Assembly: GCA_965208325.1 (NCBI GenBank)
Contig: OZ242326.1
Coordinates: 672,001-736,000 of the forward strand
Origin: Candidatus Poribacteria bacterium
Lineage (GTDB): Bacteria > Poribacteria > WGA-4E > PCPOR2b
Length of the DNA: 64,000 bases
Reading direction: 5' to 3'
Shown: in pieces, positions 60,510 to 64,000 of the stretch
How the letters are laid out: each line of letters begins with the position of its first letter
Numbering within the stretch: the first letter of the stretch is position 1
The notes under the pieces: model-generated
Seen by the model: the letters and a program-made list of their open reading frames with translations, nothing else
What the model was told of the DNA's origin: nothing
Database searches by the model: none
Position numbers and translations under genes: made by a program

Positions 60510-62501
60510 CTATTCTGCATCGACCTTTATTGACAACTCCTCCAACTGTTCGTCAGAGACCCCGGATGGTGCTCCCGTGAGCAAGCATAATCCTTTTTGC
60601 GTTTTTGGAAACGCGATGACTTCGCGAATATTCTCCTCGCCGGTCATTAGCATTATTATGCGGTCCAGCCCGGGTGCAATTCCAGCGTGCGGCGGTGTGC
60701 CGTGTTGCAGGGCTTTTATGAAATAACCGAATCGCCTTTCAACTTCTTCGGGACTAACGCTCAAAAGATCCAACACCTTCTGTTGAATGTCCCAACGATG
60801 AATTCGGACACTGCCGCTGCAAATCTCGATGCCGTTGATGACGAGATCGTAGTGCTGGGACCGGGCAGCACTAGGATTGGTATCCAAAAGCGGAACACTC
60901 TCGTCAGCGGGCGCTGTGAAGAGATGGTGAAAGGGTTCGTATCGCCGTTCGTCGTCGTTCCATTCGAACAGCGGATAATCGACAATCCAGAGGAAGTTGA
61001 AACGCCCCTCATCAATGAGGCCGAGCCGCTTGCCTAGAAGAAGACGAAGGTTTGATAGCGCGTCTGCAACGACCCTTGGTTGGTCAGCGACGAACATCAT
61101 TATGTCTCCCAACTTCGCTCCCATCCGCTGCGCTACCGCCGTGAGGGTGTGTTCCCTGAAAAACTTTACGATGCTGGACTCGAATCCGTTCTCGGTTACC
61201 TTTATCCACGCCAATCCTCTCGCTTTATAGATTGCGGCGAAATCGGTTAAGTCTTCAATCTCTTTCCTAGAAAACGCGGCTCCGCCGGAAACGGCGATGC
61301 CTTTTACCTGTCCATCTCGTTCCAAGGCGCCCTTAAAAACCTTGAAGTCACAGTCGGCGACGAGGTCGGAAACGTCGGCGAGTTCCATCCCAAAGCGAGT
61401 ATCCGGTTTATCGGTGCCGAACCGCGCCATTGCGTCGTCGTAAGCGAGGCGTGGAAACGGAATTTCCACGGATATGCCCGAGGCTTCCTCAAAAATCCGC
61501 TTCATCAAGCCTTCAGTGACTTCAAGGACATCGTCAACGGTCGCAAAGGACATCTCAAAATCGAGTTGGGTGAACTCAAGCTGGCGATCAGCGCGCGTGT
61601 CTTCATCCCGGAAGCAGCGGGGAATCTGGAAGTAGCGATCTACGCCGCTCATCATGAGAATCTGCTTGAACTGTTGCGGCGATTGTGGAAGCGCATAAAA
61701 ATTGCCCGCGTTAAGACGGCTTGGCACCAGCACATCCCGTGCACCTTCAGGTGTACTATTCATCAGGATTGGGGTTTCGATTTCAAGAAATCCCTGTTCG
61801 TCCATGTACTTCCGGGCAGCAAGCATAGCCTTGTGCCGGATGGCTAAATATTTCTGCATCTTGGGGCGACGGAGATCGATGTATCGGTATGTCATACGAA
61901 TCTCTTCGTCGGTGTCGATGTCGTCCTCAACCAGAAACGGCGGCGTTTTGGCAACGTTCAAAATTTCCAATTCTTGTGTTGCGACCTCAATCTCGCCCGT
62001 TGGGAGGTTGAGGTTTATTGTGCCCAAGTAAACGCTAACTTCGGTGGCAGTCATCTTTATAACGTAGGTTCGTTTACTTGCCCTGTCAGTCATCAGCCAC
62101 TTGTCTACTTCGCCTCGGTTCAATATCTCAACATTCTGGGAAACCGGGTGGCCGTTTGCCTTGAACGCACCTCGTAATTCCTCTGAAAAATGCAGAGCCG
62201 CCAAATCGGTTTCATGTTCTAATCCGAGGTTGAATAATAGGTCGCCCTCTAACCGTTCTCGAACTGTGCCGCTCACGGCCAACACAAACTCACCGCGAAT
62301 TTGGTTTGCAACCTTATGGGCTTCAGCATCAATCTTGGGATCGAATACGACTTGTGAAATTCCCGTCCGATCCCGTAAGTCTGCGAAAATCACGCCGCCA
62401 TGGTCTCGACGGCGAGCAACCCATCCAGTTAACTGCGCCGATTTACCGGCATCGGCGAGCCGCAACTCTCCACAATAGTGCGTCCTCTTCATGTCAGGCA
62501 T
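60510..62501 (-). CDS. aspS: Aspartate--tRNA ligase (likely non-discriminating Asp/Asn) with a 73-aa insertion
   Basis: MKRTHYCGEL, RRRDHGG, TPEGARD, PQSPQ, CFRDED.RADRQ.EFTQLD, PPHAGIAPGLDR. Confidence 0.97.
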   Translation of the reverse strand: MPDMKRTHYCGELRLADAGKSAQLTGWVARRRDHGGVIFADLRDRTGISQVVFDPKIDAEAHKVANQIRGEFVLAVSGTVRERLEGDLLFNLGLEHETDLAALHFSEELRGAFKANGHPVSQNVEILNRGEVDKWLMTDRASKRTYVIKMTATEVSVYLGTINLNLPTGEIEVATQELEILNVAKTPPFLVEDDIDTDEEIRMTYRYIDLRRPKMQKYLAIRHKAMLAARKYMDEQGFLEIETPILMNSTPEGARDVLVPSRLNAGNFYALPQSPQQFKQILMMSGVDRYFQIPRCFRDEDTRADRQLEFTQLDFEMSFATVDDVLEVTEGLMKRIFEEASGISVEIPFPRLAYDDAMARFGTDKPDTRFGMELADVSDLVADCDFKVFKGALERDGQVKGIAVSGGAAFSRKEIEDLTDFAAIYKARGLAWIKVTENGFESSIVKFFREHTLTAVAQRMGAKLGDIMMFVADQPRVVADALSNLRLLLGKRLGLIDEGRFNFLWIVDYPLFEWNDDERRYEPFHHLFTAPADESVPLLDTNPSAARSQHYDLVINGIEICSGSVRIHRWDIQQKVLDLLSVSPEEVERRFGYFIKALQHGTPPHAGIAPGLDRIIMLMTGEENIREVIAFPKTQKGLCLLTGAPSGVSDEQLEELSIKVDAE

Positions 62502-62573
62502 TGTGCGTATTTCGTTTCTCCTTGTTGTGAAATTTGACCCTTGGGCAAAATATAGTTACCGCAAAAAATCGGT

Positions 62574-62954
62574 CTAACCCGCGAGCGGAATTGGCGGCTT
62601 CTCAACGAGGGTGATTGGTACCGCCTCGGTCAACGAAGGCGTATAAACGGATACTTTTAGGATTTCGTTCACGGGCGGTTTCGTAATAATTTCAATAACC
62701 GTTTCGCGCCAGTCTGGTTCAATTTCATCCAACCCCACTAAAGGAAAACTTCGCGGACCTAATTTAGTTAATTGTATTAACACTGAGAATTCCATGAGTG
62801 TCAGGCCAACTGCGCGTTTTTCGGCACGATTGAATCGTAACAGGATATTTTCATTCAACTCGACAGCCGTTGTCGCTTTCTCGCCCGGAAAAAATGAGAT
62901 GTACAGCACATCGGCAGTCTTGTCGTAAGCGTAGACCGCTTTCTTATTCATCAT
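62574..62954 (-). CDS. DUF2283-like protein
   Basis: YAYDKTADVLYISF, ELNENILLRF, AVGLTL. Confidence 0.75.
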   Translation of the reverse strand: MMNKKAVYAYDKTADVLYISFFPGEKATTAVELNENILLRFNRAEKRAVGLTLMEFSVLIQLTKLGPRSFPLVGLDEIEPDWRETVIEIITKPPVNEILKVSVYTPSLTEAVPITLVEKPPIPLAG

Positions 62955-63033
62955 TCACCTTGTATCCAGCTAGGACTTATCCCGAACTATCCAGCGTTTA
63001 TCTGAGCATTCATTTGATTGCAAGTTCATAGAT

Positions 63034-64000
63034 TTACTGATTCTTCAATTCCTGTCCCAACCTATCAAATTCAACCGCCCGCTGATTTCCACTTTCCATA
63101 TCTCGAACCGTGGCCGCTCCATTCTTAATCTCATCTTCCCCAATAATCACGACATATTTCACTCCGAACTTGTGCGCTGTTTTCATCTGTGCCTTCAAAC
63201 TGCGTCCGTTGTATTCAAGGTCAGTTCTGATTTGGCTATCGCGGAATTTTTCCGCTAATTGGAAAGCGATAGGCATTGCTTCATCGCCGAGTACGGCGAT
63301 GTAAACGTCAATTGGCGGCTGCGGCGAAATCTCGATTTTTTGTGCTTCCAAGGCAAGTATTATGCGATCTACGCCAAGCCCAAAGCCAATCCCCGGAGTC
63401 GGTTTGTTGCCCAGTTCTTCGACCAGGTAATCGTACCGTCCACCCCCTCCGATAGCGTCTTGTGCACCGAGTCCGCCTGCCGTGAATTCAAACGTCGTGC
63501 GAGAGTAGTAATCCATTCCCCTAACGAGATTCGGATTCTCGGTAAACTCAATTCCCAATAACTTGAGGTAATGTTTCACAGCGTCGAAATGCTCGCGGCA
63601 CGAATCGCATAGATATTCCAGCAGTTTAGGTCCCTCAGATAGAATTTCACGGCACCCCTTCTTGCAGTCAAAAAGACGCAATGGGTTACGTTCATAGCGG
63701 CCTTGGCATTCTTGGCAAAACTGATTAAGACGCGCTTTTGTAAAAGCCTTGAGATCCGACACAAATTTTGGACGACAAGCACGATCGCCAATGGTATTGA
63801 GGTGTAACTTCAAATCTTTGATTCCAAGCGTCGAATAAAATTTATGGGCTAACGCGATGACTTCCGCATCAACCGCAGGTTCAGCCGCGCCGAACACCTC
63901 CACTCCAACCTGCCAATGCTCACGATAACGTCCTGCCTGCGGCCGTTCGTACCGGTACATTCGCCCATTGTAATAAAGTTTCAAGACGCTCGCGCCTTCG
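63034..64000 (-). CDS. hisS: Histidine--tRNA ligase (5' part beyond the window end)
   Basis: MYRYERPQAGRYRE, LVRGMDYY, GGGRYD, GFGLGVDR, anticodon-binding domain. Confidence 0.97.
   Translation of the reverse strand, partial: EGASVLKLYYNGRMYRYERPQAGRYREHWQVGVEVFGAAEPAVDAEVIALAHKFYSTLGIKDLKLHLNTIGDRACRPKFVSDLKAFTKARLNQFCQECQGRYERNPLRLFDCKKGCREILSEGPKLLEYLCDSCREHFDAVKHYLKLLGIEFTENPNLVRGMDYYSRTTFEFTAGGLGAQDAIGGGGRYDYLVEELGNKPTPGIGFGLGVDRIILALEAQKIEISPQPPIDVYIAVLGDEAMPIAFQLAEKFRDSQIRTDLEYNGRSLKAQMKTAHKFGVKYVVIIGEDEIKNGAATVRDMESGNQRAVEFDRLGQELKNQ

Noticed and set aside
62025..62243. Intein or intron in aspS
   Set aside because: No Cys/Ser start or His-Asn end, too short, and open in frame; treated as a domain insertion

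Overview
Bacterial chromosomal segment, most likely from Candidatus Poribacteria. This is inferred from two secreted LamG proteins ending in a V-x-P-x-x-K-[LV]-[AT]-T-T-W-A-x-[VI]-K tail; no rRNA marker is present. It holds housekeeping genes (HU, nfo, katG, acs, nadD-yacG-yqeK-rsfS-argS, rimI, tatD, der, aspS, partial hisS), a glycan-degradation cluster (SDR, two GH95-like paralogs, a GH151-like enzyme, a sugar isomerase), an AapJQMP amino acid ABC transporter between IS3 and IS5 remnants, and dense REP/MITE-like repeat mosaics at about 2.9-16.5 kb. Most notable: (1) a stand-alone gene fusing an apparently catalytically intact preQ0-type tRNA/DNA-guanine transglycosylase to a domain with the exact archaeosine synthase (ArcS) motif PCx3KPYx2Sx2H; (2) an ArsC-like selenoprotein (UxxC plus SECIS-like hairpin) missed by the ORF track; (3) a 73-aa module inserted in the anticodon-discriminating loop of AspRS; (4) an 87-bp REP tandem array that has copied the katG 3' end; (5) small enzyme genes bracketed cassette-like by the same pair of repeat types; (6) an AI-2E transporter split by a beta-propeller. 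No rRNA, tRNA or CRISPR array was recognised. All calls come from motif recognition by eye; no database search was run.
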